From the NCBI RefSeq assembly GCF_963921235.1, contig NC_086097.1:127288001-127352000 (forward strand): a stretch of DNA of 64,000 nt. Reading direction: 5' to 3'. Source of the stretch: Mobula hypostoma. Its lineage: Eukaryota. Under the pieces are notes generated by a model that made no database searches, was not told where the DNA came from, and saw only the letters and a program-made list of their open reading frames with translations. Position 1 is the stretch's first letter. Every line of letters begins with the position of its first letter. A program made the translations under genes and the position numbers. This document shows, in pieces, positions 23,745 to 36,280 of the stretch.

Positions 23745-25039
23745 TTACGCTCACTTGAAGGTTTTGACAGCCTGTTTTCACTTACTATCATGGAATCATT
23801 ACGACCCAAGAGAACTTTCAGCCCATTTTAACCCTATCTCAGCATCTATCTGCTTTACCTTCTGCTCCTCTTCTATTCTTGCAGTATTTTCTCCTTCATC
23901 TATTTCCTTGTTTGAATTGGCTGCCACCAGCCTTTCAATCAGTGAATTCCTCCAGATCACAGCAGCTTGCTGCTTGACTAAGTTTTACCTCGTGTCACAC
24001 CTGGCTTTCTTCAGTCTCCGAATCTCTGTCTGCTCGTTCCCTACCCTTCCCCCAATGTCTCTGTGTGCACTTTAAATGGGACACTGTTGAATTTGCAAAG
24101 TAGTAGCATGGGACAAGTTTCATATTTCCCAGAGATTTTTTTGCTCGAGCAGAGACTTTTTAGCATTTTAGCTCTTGAAACATAAATCCCTGTTTTTTTT
24201 TGATAACCATGAGACATAATACTTCAGACATGGGCAGTGTGGATTAAAAATCTAATTTCAGTGTTATTTGCACATTTAAGAATGGGATTAAACTGGAGAA
24301 AATGAGGAGACGTCTGCAGAACGGCGTGTTTTCAGTCTAATGAGACATAAACTGTGAGGACATTTGAAAGCTGTTAAAAACAACATTTTGTGCATCTTGA
24401 TGCCTTTTGGTCAGTTTGTTCAAAAATGACATAAGTATTTGCTGCTTTTAACCTCTATCTGAAATTATGCCCCAGCCCTTGAGAAGTAGAATGTGAGAAA
24501 ATATTTTCCTCACCAATCCCAGGGGAAACTCTATCGTCTTAATTTAAATTAAGGCCATTTAGCATTTAGGCAATGTAAACAATCCTAGGAATCGTTTATC
24601 CCAATGCCATTCCCTATAAATAAGAGGAACCCCTCATGTAACTGCTATGAGGGAGAAGAAGTAAAGAGCTGGTGATTAGACTGTGCTGCCGTGATTCCCC
24701 AAATGTGCTCAGCATGCAATGCTGTCTGTGCGCCCTTGTGAAATGTTTGTGTGTTGAGCAATCTGTTGTTTATGCCTGCGTCAAAGTAGAGACGTCCCTT
24801 AACCAGAGTTTTCTGGCTGCTCTTGTACATTGTGTACTTCTTGCTGCGGAACCTTGTATTTGAGAGCTGAGGGCGTTTATCAGCTTGGAAAATGGATATT
24901 GTTCTTAAATGGCATTACATCTTCAGGACTGTGCAGGCAGCAGCCTGAGCCATGAAATGAGCAGAGGTAAGGATGAGAAGCCAAAGCCTTGCCCTCTCAA
25001 AGACCGAAGGTCGGAGTCCCACATGTGGCCGACAAGAGT

Positions 25040-25145
25040 GCCACGGTGGCAGAGATAGAAGAGCTGCTGCCTCTCAGAGACCTGGGTTCAATCCTGACCG
25101 CGGATGCTGTCTATGTGAAGTTTGCAAGTTCTCCTGCGTGGCTTT
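25040..25145 (+). mobile_element. tRNA-derived V-SINE (HE1-like) 5' part
   Basis: GCCACGGTGGCAGAG...GCTGCTGCCTCTCAGAGACCTGGGTTCAATCCTGACC...GTGAAGTTTGCAAGTTCTCC, with box A/B and the start of the V domain. Confidence 0.7.
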
Positions 25146-27125
25146 CATAGTCATTCATTCGTTGAGAGAGACGATTTGTAAGCAGGCCCTTCAGCCCACC
25201 AAATCCGCACTGACCAACTGCCCTTTACACATATTATACAGTAATGCCATTCTTCACATGTTCTGATCAACTCTCCTCAGATTCTGCTACTTACCTGCAC
25301 ACTAGGGGCTAATTAATCTACTAACACACAGAAAAACGAGGGCACCTGAGAGAAATGCATGCAGTTGCAGGGAATACGTGCGAACTCCACACAATAGCAC
25401 CCGAAGTTTCCTTTAAATACTAAAATACATTGGTAGAGTAATTATTATATTGAAGCTGTAACAGACATTGTTGAGGCTGGATTTGGAGAATTGTGTGCTG
25501 TTCAGGTCACCTACCTACAGGAAAGATGTCAACAAGCTTGAATGAGAGCAGAGAAAATTTACAAGGATAGTGCTGGGACTAGGGGACCTGAGTTGCAGGG
25601 GAAGGTTGAATAGTTTAGGACTTTATTTCCTGGAACACAGGAGAATAAGAGGAGATTGTAAACCACCGTAAATTGCCCCTAGTTTGCAGCCAAGAGGTAA
25701 AAACCGCAGAAAGTTACTGGGTTTGTAAGGATAATTCTTTTATTTTAATTGGTGATCAGTTATAAGATAATTTAATGGTCCAGTAGAATCTCGACCTCAC
25801 AATCTACCTTATTATGCCTTGCACCTATTATCTGCCTGCACTGACCTTTCTCTGTAATCGTAACATTTAATTCTACAATCCATTATTGCCTTTTCGTTGT
25901 ACTACCTCAATGCACTGACGTGATGAAATTATCTGAATGAATGACAGAAGTTTTTCACTGTGCCCGTGACGATAATGAACTTATTTACCAATGGTTTATT
26001 ATTGTATAGCACGGACTCCATGGGCCGAAGGGCCTGATTCCACGCTGCATGCCTCTGTGATCACCAGCCACTCCCAGTGTGAGGGACTTGGTCAACCCCA
26101 TATGGAGCAGAATACTTCTGTTATATGAGGAAAAGATGCGGGCAATGGCAAGTGATTAATCATGTGGCCAAGCCCTGGTTTCCACCCAGTTGTCATGGGC
26201 CCTGCTTTTTCTCAACTTGTAAAGCAGAAAAACGTGGATATAATTGTGCATCTGACTGGCTGTATGCCGGCCTTCTGACACTGAGCAAAAGGAAATCACC
26301 TTTTTTTTGAAAAGAAAAAAACAGCCCAAAGCTGAACCTCATGCTCTAAATATTTCTCAAGTTAAACCCCAGCGCAACACAACCCCCTCCATTGTTAGCT
26401 ACTTGTGGGATAGCCAACTTTTTGTCTTTAGCAAGTATGCCAGCATTAAACAAATGGTTTGGTGAAAGGGTTAATGCCTTTATGGGCTGATGAGCTGTCA
26501 CTTAACATTTTTTAAATACCTTGAACATGGCTGTAGCTGTTTGAGGAACTTGGGTTGAGCAGCGTGCAGCTTGTTAGAAGCAGATCCGGCCATTTAATGT
26601 CTAGCATAAAATTTTATGAGCAGGAAGCAAACCAGAAACACTTTTATTGCTGCCACTTTCGTAGCATTTACTATCAGTGGAATCTCAAAGCCAACAGCTT
26701 CTTGCTTAGCTTAATGAGGCATCCAGTGGTGTGTGTGGAAATGCCACTCAAGGTAATGGATTATCGATTACTGATATTGGTGAATACGTTTGTAATGATC
26801 CCAGTTAACCTTTCATTAGTAAGTGAAGAAGACAAAACAATCTGTTTGCAGGGTTAACGGCAGAGTTAACGCGAATAAAACCTGCATGGGAATATCCCTG
26901 TGGGCACCAAAATCCTTTCATCCATTTGTCCCTGTTAACAACAGTGGCTTAACATTTGAAGTGATGCTGAAGTGTGCACAGACAACAGAGGCTTCCAGTT
27001 CTGTGAGAGCTTTTGGGTAGAACAGTGTCTTGAGTCACTTAACAAAAGAGTTGTGTGATATAAAGTGCCCTTTTCAGGACATCCAAAGCTGCCTTTCCAG
27101 TGACAGCTATGACGTGGCGAACATT

Positions 27126-27177
27126 GATACTGTGCCACATCTGGAGATACTGTGCCACATCTGGAGATACTGTGCCA
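27126..27177. repeat. 20-bp tandem repeat, 2.6 copies
   Basis: GATACTGTGCCACATCTGGA repeated perfectly. Confidence 0.95.
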
Positions 27178-27411
27178 GTTGGCCAACACCTTCGGAACTG
27201 CTTAAGCGAGAGAGGGGCAGAGAGGTTGAAGGAAAGAATTCCAGAGCACAGCATGTCTGTTGCTGATAGTGAAGTGATTTTAAAGTCAGGAATGTGCAAA
27301 AATAAAAGGAGCACTATAATCTTGTGTGACTGAAGATAGGGGAAGGCCAGAGAAATGGCAAGAAGTAAAACTGGAGGAAGGTTTGAAAAAATTTTTAAAT
27401 ATTGGCATTTT

Positions 27412-27830
27412 GCTTACTTACGACTTGTTACTCCACTGGTGTTGAGGGCAGCAATGAAGGTCCTTCACCTCTGGCAGCGTTCAGGGCTTTCTTTATCATG
27501 TCAGTAACTTCCTCTCAGTTTTCACTACCGTCAGTCATGCTAATCCCAGGTGAAGACTCAGGAATACTGTCAGACTTAGATGTAGATGGTTTCTTCATTG
27601 CTGTTTCCATAACAATTTAGTTTTACCAGTCAGTGTCGTTAGCCCTGAGCTGGACTCCCAAACCTGGAGGACGGGTGGACCCTCTAAGTCTGACCTCTAC
27701 CCTTTGACCCTTTTGGCGTGGGTGACCCGACCAAAAGCCAAAGCATAAAGCCCTGACTCGAGCCAACATAGTTCTCTGGGTCATTGAGGCACGCAAGCCT
27801 CCAAACCCAGTGACAAGGTTGTGATCCGCT
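27412..27830 (-). mobile_element. Bipartite non-autonomous RTE element (5' UTR joined to 3' tail)
   Basis: Minus strand starts GGATCACAACCTTGTC...GGCTTGCGTGCCTCAATGA (BovB/Expander-like 5' end), contains CCTCCAGGTTTGGG...GGGCTAAC and ends in (TAAG)n. Confidence 0.7.
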
Positions 27831-28505
27831 TGGAGATCGTGACGTGGCTGGAAGAAAATCACTCCATTAAAATTATACTCATAGCAGGTGTAAATGAATT
27901 TACTACAGATTAATGGGACTGAATCATAGAGTAGATATTGTACAGGAGGTCATTCAGTTTGTCGCTGCCAGAAGGAATTAAAAGTAGGGTTGATTGGATC
28001 TTAGCACTACACTACTCATTAGATTGTTGCTAAGAACACTAAATTAAATAATGTAGTTTAATCTTATCCCTTAATAACAAATGAACATGCTAGAAATATT
28101 TAGATCAGGCCACTTCTGTGAAAAGGAAAAAAGAGTTCCCATTTTATGTTGGACCCTTCTTCAGAATGGTCTTTGATCTGAACCAGTAATCCTATTTCTC
28201 TTCCCACAGATTTAGCCTGAAATGAGGCTTTACTATATTTTTATTTCATATTTCCAGCACTAGACTTGCATTACTCTGATTCTTTAATGTGATATAACTG
28301 AATTGTGCTCAGCTGAATTTTTGAGGAACATTCTACTCTCTTGGGGCATTGCAGGAGTGAACAAGAAGCAGTGTCTGTTTTTGCTTTGACTTTCTAGCGC
28401 ATATGAAAATTCATGGAGGAATATCTTCATTTAGTTAGAACCACTGAACATAGGAGGAACTACTACTTTGTTGTTTTATGGCAACATTACATTGCAATTG
28501 CAAAG

Positions 28506-28977
28506 TCCTGGGATGGCAGGACTTTCATATGATGAAAGACTGGATGAACTGGGCTTATACTCGTTGGAATTTAGAAGATTGAGGGGGGATCTTATTGAAA
28601 CATATAAAATCCTAAAGGGATTGGACAGGCTAGATGCAGGAAGATCGTTCCCGATGTTGGGCAAGTCCAGAACGATGGGTCACAGTTTGAGGATAAAGGG
28701 GAAGCCTTTTAGGACCGAGATTAGGAAAAACTTCTTCACACAGAGAGTGGTGAATCTGTGGAATTCTCTGCCACAAGAAACAGTTGAGGCCAGTTCATTG
28801 GCTATATTTAAGAGGGAGTTAGATATGGCCCTTGTGGCTAAAAAGATCAGGGGGTATGGGGGGAAGGCTGGTACAGGGTTCTGAGTTGGATGATCAGCCA
28901 TGATCATACTGATGGTGGTGCAGGCTCAAAGGGCCGAATGGCCTACTCCTGCACCTATTTTCTATGTTTCTATGTTT
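28506..28977 (+). mobile_element. Young 5'-truncated CR1 LINE
   Basis: Intact ORF PGMAGLSYDERLDELGLYSLEFRRLRGDLIETYKIL...FFTQRVVNLWNSLP; (TTTCTATG)n tail. Confidence 0.93.
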
Positions 28978-29544
28978 TAATACAAAATAACAAAAACTAA
29001 ATTACAGTAAGTATACATTAAAAAAATTGAATTAAGTAATGCAAAAAGAAAGGAAAAATAGTGAGGTAGTGTTTATGGTTTCATTGTCCATTCAGAAATC
29101 TGATGTTGGAGGGGAAGAAGTTGATCCTGAAACATTGAGTGTGTGCCATCAGGATTCTGTACCTCTTCCTTGATGGTAGCGATGAGAAGGGGTCATGTCC
29201 CAGATGATGGGGGTTGTCTATTTCAGGTTTTGCCTTTTGAAGGTTTCCTGGATGCTGGGGATGAGAGTGCCCACGTTGACAGAGTTTACAACTTTCTGCA
29301 GCTTTTTCTGATCCTTTGCAGTGGCCCCTCCACACCGGCTGGTGATCCAACAGTCAGAATGCTCTCCAATGTACACCTGTGTGAGTGCCTTTGGTGACAT
29401 TCCAATTCTCATGAAACTTTTCATGAAAGATGGCCACTGTCATGCCCTCCTTGTAATTACATCAATATGTTGGGCCCAGAATGGATTCTGAGAGATGTTG
29501 ACACCCAGAAATTTGATCTGTTCACCCCCTCCCCTTTGGCGTGA

Positions 29545-30150
29545 CTTTTAGAATTTTGACGGACTTCTGTGGATGTGTGACGGAGAGTGTGTCACGGGCT
29601 GGTGTGGGAGCACTGGTGCCCTTGAATGGAAGATTCTGCAGAAGGTGGTGGATTCGGCCCGGAACTTCACAGGTGAAGCCCTCCCAACCGTTGGGCATGT
29701 CTACATGTGGTGCTGTCCTGGGGGTCCCCATTGCCCAGGTTGTGCTCTCTCCTCACTGCTGCCATCAAGAGGAGGGTACAGGAGCCTCGAGATTCACACC
29801 AGGTTCAAGTACAGTTAATACCCCTCAACTGTCAGGCTCTTGAACAAAAGAGGGTGGCATCCCTTGGCTTCATTTGCTTCATCATTGGGATGTTCCCACA
29901 ACCAGTGGACTCACTTTAGGGGACTCTTAGTCTCATGTTCTCATTATTTATTGCTATTAATTTATATTTGTGTTCATGCAGTTTGATCCCTTCTGCACTC
30001 TGGTTGAATGCCCTAGTTGAGCGGTCTTTCATTGATTTTGTTGTAGTTACTATTTTATAGATTTCTTTAGTATGCCTACAAGAAAATGAATCTCAGGGTT
30101 GTATATGGTGACGTATATGTATTTTGATAATAAAATTTACTTTGAACTTT
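29545..30150 (+). mobile_element. Rex1/Babar-type LINE 3' fragment (nested)
   Basis: KILQKVVDSARNFTG...SLLPSRGGYRSL; tail ATAATAAAATTTACTTTGAACTTT. Confidence 0.75.
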
Positions 30151-30322
30151 AATTCTTCAATGAGGACGTGAGTGTGTTCCCCGACTTGCCCTTCCTGAAG
30201 TCCACAGTCAATTCCTTGGTCCTGGTGACGTTGAGTGCAAGGTTCCTGCTGCGACACCACTCAATCAGCTGATCCATCTTGCTCCGATACCCTCCTCATC
30301 ACCATCTGAAATTCTGACAACA

Positions 30323-30637
30323 CCCAGGGCGTACCCTCTTCTCATTGTTACCGTCAGGTTGGAGGTACAGAAGCCTGAAGGCACACACTCAGCGATTCAG
30401 GAACAGCTTCTTCCCCTCTGTCATCTGATTCCTAAATGGACATTGAACCCATAAACACTATCACACTACTTTTCTTTTAATTTCTGTTTTTGCACTACTT
30501 ATCTTAATTTAGCTATATAATATACATATATACTTGTAGTAATTTGTTTTTTCTCTATATTTATCATGTATTTCATTGTACTGCTTAGCAAGTTAACAAA
30601 TTTCACAACATATGCTGGTGATATGAAATCCTGATTC
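30323..30637 (+). mobile_element. Rex1/Babar-type LINE 3' end (nested)
   Basis: GGAGGTACAGAAGCCTGAAGGCACACACTCAGCGATTCAGGAACAGCTTCTTCCCC and 3' UTR. Confidence 0.75.
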
Positions 30638-32248
30638 ATCAGCAAATTTTAAAGCTGGTGTTTGAGCTGTGGGTAGCCACACAGTTATGGATAGAGAGAG
30701 CAGAGCATTGGGCTAACGATGAATCCTGAGATGTGCCAGTGCTGATTGTTGAGATGTTATTTCTGATCCTCACAGGTTGTCATCTCCCAGTGAGGAAGCA
30801 AAGGATTCGGTTGCAGAGGGAGGTATAGAGGCCCAGGATTTTGAGCTTCTTGATTTAAAAACCCAGGGCATGATGAACTGTGGTCAATAAACAGCAGCTC
30901 GATGCAAGTATTACTGTTATCCAGGTGATCCAAAGCCGAGTGGAGAGTCAGTGAGATTGCAACAGGTCAAGATGCTTGCTTAGGCAGGAGATGATTCTGG
31001 CCATGACCAACCCCTCAAAGCACTTCATCACCGTAGATGTGAGTACCTCCGGGCGATAGTCATTGAAGCAGCAGTGAGAGATTGAAGATGTCCTTGAACA
31101 CTGCTGCCAGTTGGTTGGCACAGGTCTTCAAAGCTCCATCAGGGTCTTGATGCCTTGCGAGGATTCACCCTCTGGAAAGAAGTTCTGGCACCGGTCTCCA
31201 AGATGGAGATCATGGGGTCACCAGATGATGCAGGGATTCCCACAGATGATGTTCTATTCCCTTTTTCAACGCATGTATAAAAGGTGTTGAGTCCATCTGG
31301 GAGTAAAGCATCACAGCCATTCGCAATGCTAGGCTTCACTTTGTAAGAAGTAATGACCTTCAAGCCCTGCCAGAGCTGATGTGCATCCAATTCTGACTCT
31401 AGCCTGAATCAATTTTTTTTTTTTTGCCCTTAAAATAGACTTCCATTAGTTGTACCTGGACATCTTGTATATTTCTGGATCACTGATCTTGAACGCCTCA
31501 GCAGACTATGAATCTCCTGGTTCATCCACTGCTTTTGGTTTGGGTATGTCTGGTATGTTCCTGAAGGCACACACTCATCCACACAGACCTTGATGAAGTT
31601 GGTGACAAGTGTGATGTATTCATTCAGACTTGAAAATGAATCTACTTGTAACATTCTTCTCCGCATCCCTTGACCATACCTTGCTGGTACTCTGGTGCTG
31701 CAGTCTTTAGTCTCTGCCTATACGCCAGGAACAGAAGTACAGCCAGATGATCAGACTTTCCAAAGTGTGAGCATGGGGCGGCACGCTAAGTATTCTTGAT
31801 GGTGGTCTAACAGTGGTCAAATGTGTTGGTTCCCCTGGTTCCACACATGATATGCTGGTCTTAACTGAGTCTACATGTCTTTAAACATGGTGTTTTGATT
31901 TATTCTAGATGACAGGTCAGTCAGAAAATACAGACCCATTTTGGGCTATATGTTGTCTTTCATGCTTTAATTTGTGTAAGAATATTAATCTACAACAAAC
32001 CCAGAGATGGCTATAAGGAAAGCTCCAGTCATGGCCCTGGGAGCTCCTACTGACGTGGGTCATTGGATTTCTGTATCTCCTGCCTGATGGTAGCTGCAAG
32101 AAGATGCATGGCCCTGATGGTGGGGATGCTTGATGATTGTTACTTTCTTGAGGCAATGTCTCAAGTAGGTTTTTACCAATGATGGGAAGGGATGTGCCTA
32201 TGCTGTTCAAAGCTTGCTGCAACCAGGCATGAAAATGATTAAAATACA

Positions 32249-32504
32249 TGTCTTTCTCCCCAGACCTCCTGTCCCATGATCCTCTTGTATCCCCTTTGCC
32301 GATCACCTGTCCAGCTCTTGGCTCCATCCTTCCCCCTCCTGTCTTCTCCTATCATTTTCGATCTCCCCCTCCCACTTTCGAATCTTACTAGCTCTTCCTT
32401 CAGTTAGTCCTGACGAAGGGTCTCGGCCTGAAATGTCGTCTGTACCTCTTCCTAGAGATGCTGCCTGGCCTGCTGCGTTCACCAGCAACTTTGATGTGTG
32501 TTGC
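32249..32504 (+). mobile_element. Penelope-like solo pLTR insertion with 10-bp TSD
   Basis: TTAAAATACA at 32239-32248 and 32505-32514; pyrimidine-rich body with hammerhead motif. Confidence 0.8.
32405..32442 (+). ncRNA. Minimal type-I hammerhead ribozyme motif
   Basis: TAGTC-CTGACGA-AGG(GTCTCGG)CCT-GAAA-TG-TC-GTCTG: intact CUGANGA, GAAA and GUC core; one mismatch in helix I. Confidence 0.6.
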
Positions 32505-32882
32505 TTAAAATACAAAGCGATATGTTACGGGACAACAAAGTAAGAGGCAGGTTTGGGTGGAGAAATTCATCTTTGGAAATGTCGCTTGCAGGTGGCTTGA
32601 AGAGCCTTTATTCATGTGATATGAATAAGTAAATTGAATTATTTTTCTCAAGTATGCTTCCATTGACTCAAACTGAGTCCAATGGATAAAACCACAACAC
32701 AGCATGTTTAATTTGTATTACAAGAGGTGAATTCTCCCTCATATATACACACACCTGTAAAAGATTGTGGGTTAAATTGATGAGCTGGGTCTGCTGGTTG
32801 CTTAGTTTTGTGATTAGAGGCATGAATTACAATTATAAGAAATAGTAATAAACCTTTATATAAAAAAAATAACTAGACCCTA

Positions 32883-32891
32883 GTACACTTG

Positions 32892-32953
<62 letters not shown>

Positions 32954-33155
32954 GCTGGAGGAACTTGACGGGCCAGGCGGTATAAATGGAAAAGAGTACA
33001 GTCGATGTTTCGGGCCAAGACCCTTCAGCAGGACTTGGCCTGCAATATTGACTGTACTCTTTTCCATAGATACTGCCTAGACTGTTGAGTTCCAACATTT
33101 TGTGTGTGTTGCTCCGTTTTCCAGCACCTGCAGATTTTCTCTTGTTTGTGCTTGG
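32883..33155. mobile_element. Inverted pair of Penelope-like pLTR fragments with (CA)n, flanked by a 14-bp TSD
   Basis: ATAACTAGACCCTA at 32869-32882 and 33156-33169; left arm on minus, right arm on plus (ATGGAAAAGAGTACAGTC vs GACTGTACTCTTTTCCAT). Confidence 0.85.
32897..32950. repeat. (CA)n microsatellite
   Basis: About 27 CA units. Confidence 0.97.
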
Positions 33156-35759
33156 ATAACTAGACCCTAATTCATCAAAACAAAATAAAAAACAGAACAG
33201 AGTGTTTGGAAACACTCAGTAGGTCAGGCAGCATCAATGGATAGAGAAACAGGGGTTCAAGTCGAAGAACTGAGAAGGAGTGAAAACAAGTTAGTTTCAT
33301 TTGCAGGGAAGGGGGAGGGGGCTGAGGCAGAATGCACCATTTCACAGTACAATTGCCTTTACCAGCTGGGTGTGAGTTTCTACTTCACACCATTTTATTC
33401 TGATGATTGGTGAATAGCAAGGAAGAAGCCCCAAATATGATTCTGATGACCCCCCCACCCCCACCCCTTGACGTTGTTGTTAGGGCATTGCACTCAATTC
33501 TGGACCAAATGTGATAGGGTTCTGTCCTCTGTCTCTGTCATTCTGATACAATATTTCTGAATGTCAGTTGAAACAGGAGGTTGATGGGCTTTTATGTTTT
33601 TCCTAATGATTCTCAAAAAGCAGCAATGTGTTTGACCTGGAAAATTGACTGACGCATTCCTGCCCATCTGCTCCAGTGGATGTCTGCTGGCTCTGATGCA
33701 GCATCACGTCAAATTCTGTATGCAGGGGTTGCTGAAGAGCACTGGGAATTCTCCCCCCCCTTCCTCCTTTCCCCCTCTCCCCTCTCCCTCCCTTGTTCTC
33801 TGTGCTTGCATAGTTGACCATTTTGACTCCTGTTGCTGTTTTTGTTAGTGGTAGGATCATCTGAAACTACAGCAGCTGTGTTAAGGGCAGGAAACTCCTT
33901 AAACATCCAAGCCAGATCTTTACATTTCCCTTTTAGCTTTGTGTCAATACACATTGTGTACTTAGCAATTGCTGCCTTCCGTTGCCCACCCAGAATGTGT
34001 GCAGAAGATTAGTTTGAAGTTGTTGGTGTTGTGAAATATTTTATCAAATTATGTACTATCTAGTTTATACAGTACAATCCCTTAAAGATGAGGATTATTT
34101 TTGTAAAACAAAGCAATGAATTCTAAGCTACTTCAACAGTGCTTTCAAAATAGTTAAATTATAACAAAACTTTAGATATTTTGGCAGATCCAGGCATGTC
34201 AAGCAATTCTCATGAGCAATAACTATGATCAATGCATTTTCTCCATGAGGAAGAGAGCTTCTGCTGGACTGGGGGTTGCAAGATGATTATTGAGGGGAAC
34301 TCTGCTTTGCTCATTGAAGAAACCTCCTGCGGAATTAATATTCAAGGCAGTAAGGGTTTTCCAAAAACAATACAGAACTGTGCTTGGAGTAAAATACCTT
34401 GACAGTGTCATGGCTCTGTTCAGCTTAACATTCGCAAAGATGTTTTAGAAATGATATAGCAATTATTTCTAAGTTCTACTTAAACCTGCAGCCCAAATTC
34501 CTTCTAATAACTATTCCTACTTGGGGGCTTTAGTGATGGTTGTGTTTTTATACTAACTTCGTTTTTCTTGCACTGTTTGTGTTTTGCTTTGCATCTAATC
34601 ACAGCAGCACAATGTCCTCGCTGTGGTGGATTTTCACTTTCATGGATTTGCCGTTATCTTTTATCTATGGAGCGGACTGCTTCAGCTTTTGTGCACAGTT
34701 TCCCCTGGAGACCCGTGAGGTGTGAGGTCTGAGGTGTGCTCATATGTACATGAGGAGGACTATGTTTTGGCATCACACGAGATGCTGGTGGAGCTCGCAG
34801 GGGGTGTTCTTCTGGACTGATGAAGGGTCTCTATCAGAAATGTCATCTGTCCATTTCCCTCCATGTATGCTGCCTGACCTGCTGAGTTCCTCTAGTATCT
34901 TGTATGTTGTTCCAGATTCCAGTCTGTGCCTCTAATATTTTGAGGCAAGACTTGCATAGAAAAGATCCAAACTAAGGGGCAACAAAATGAAGCTGATGGC
35001 CAAACACCCTGCCACCATTTTGTTAAGGTTCTGGGCCCCCCCCCGCCCCATTTCATTAATACACATACAGTATAAGTTCCTGGCATTTTAAGAAAGCATT
35101 GGAGAGGTAGAGGTACAGATTAATAAGGATGGGATGGACACATTTGGAACCGCTAAGATTTGGCCTGTGCTCTTGGATGATTCCTAAAGCTTTATGGTCT
35201 GGGACCAGAGTACATCACAGAATTACTTTCATTTTATAATCCTGCTTGAGCTGAGGTCGTCTTCTGCCAGTATCTTAAATTTAAATCATCTCCCTCAAAA
35301 GATAATAAGGCAGGTCATCTCTTTGAACTTTGCTCCTAAATGTGGAATTCAATATCTGACACTATAAGGCACTTTGAACTAAATCATCTGTATGAGAAGT
35401 GCTCTATAAATCAGGTACTATTATTAAGAGACTTGGGAGTGAGCCCAGGGTCACCAGACCAGTGTCCCATCCAGCAGAGACACCTGTACACCCAAGCACA
35501 ACGACTTGAATCACTGACCCCTGTTAACTCTTTCATTGCCAATCGTGAAGCTGCCTGTGGGATGTGGATGCAAACCCAGGATGGTCTTGGGCACAGTTCA
35601 CTGGGTTAGTTGCTTGTGTAGGGAGCAGGGCTGCGGGAGTTGCATGGCAGGAGGGGACAAGATGGGTTTTAACCTGAGAGGAGAGCGGTAGTGAATGAGA
35701 AACATTTGAAGGGGACTGTAGAGGGCTGTGATAATTGGATCATTCCTTTCACACTGGAG

Positions 35760-36129
35760 ACACGAGCCAGCAGATACTGGAATAGGGAGTAACAAACAAA
35801 GTGCTGGACGAGCTCCGTGTCTATGGAGTTGACATTTTGGGTTGAGACCCTTCATCTGGACTGGAAGTTAAAAGGGAGATGGGCAGTATAAGGAGGTGAC
35901 AGGATGGTATGCAGCAAAAGCCAGCGAGTGATAGATGGGTCCACCGAGGAGGCGTGATGGGCAGGTGGAGGTGGAAATAGTGACAGAAACTGGGAGCTGA
36001 TGGGGTGGAAACAGCCAAGTGTCTCCGATATTGAAACTAGATGGCAGGGGAAGGTGGAGCATGGAATCAAGTGAGGGAGGTAATGAGGGCAGATGGGAAC
36101 AGTTGTTACAGGGACCTAGTGAAAGAACT

Positions 36130-36165
<36 letters not shown>

Positions 36166-36280
36166 TGGTAGATGGCGTGGGATGAGTAGGGGAAAGAAAC
36201 AGGATGAAGGGGGTCCGGGGTGTGTGTATGGAGGACTGGTTAGATCAGAAGGAGGGAGGAAAGGGGACAGAGGGGGAGCA
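35760..36280 (-). mobile_element. Penelope-like pLTR, decayed, with (GT)n(GA)n
   Basis: Minus CAGTCCAGATGAAGGGTCTCAACCCAAAATGTCAAC; purine-rich plus strand. Confidence 0.65.

Larger units (their letters stand above)
28465..31860 (-). mobile_element. Rex1/Babar-type LINE split by three younger insertions
   Basis: Collinear minus-strand pieces: EN-end/linker (YPNQKQWMNQEI; LWQGLKVITSYK; FQRVNPRKA), RT remnants 30640-31140 and 30150-30320, C-terminus and 3' UTR 28980-29520. Confidence 0.75.

Noticed and set aside
27640..27700. HDV-like ribozyme in the third RTE-type element (GGGCTAAC motif)
   Set aside because: I could not build consistent P1/P2/P3 pairings by eye.
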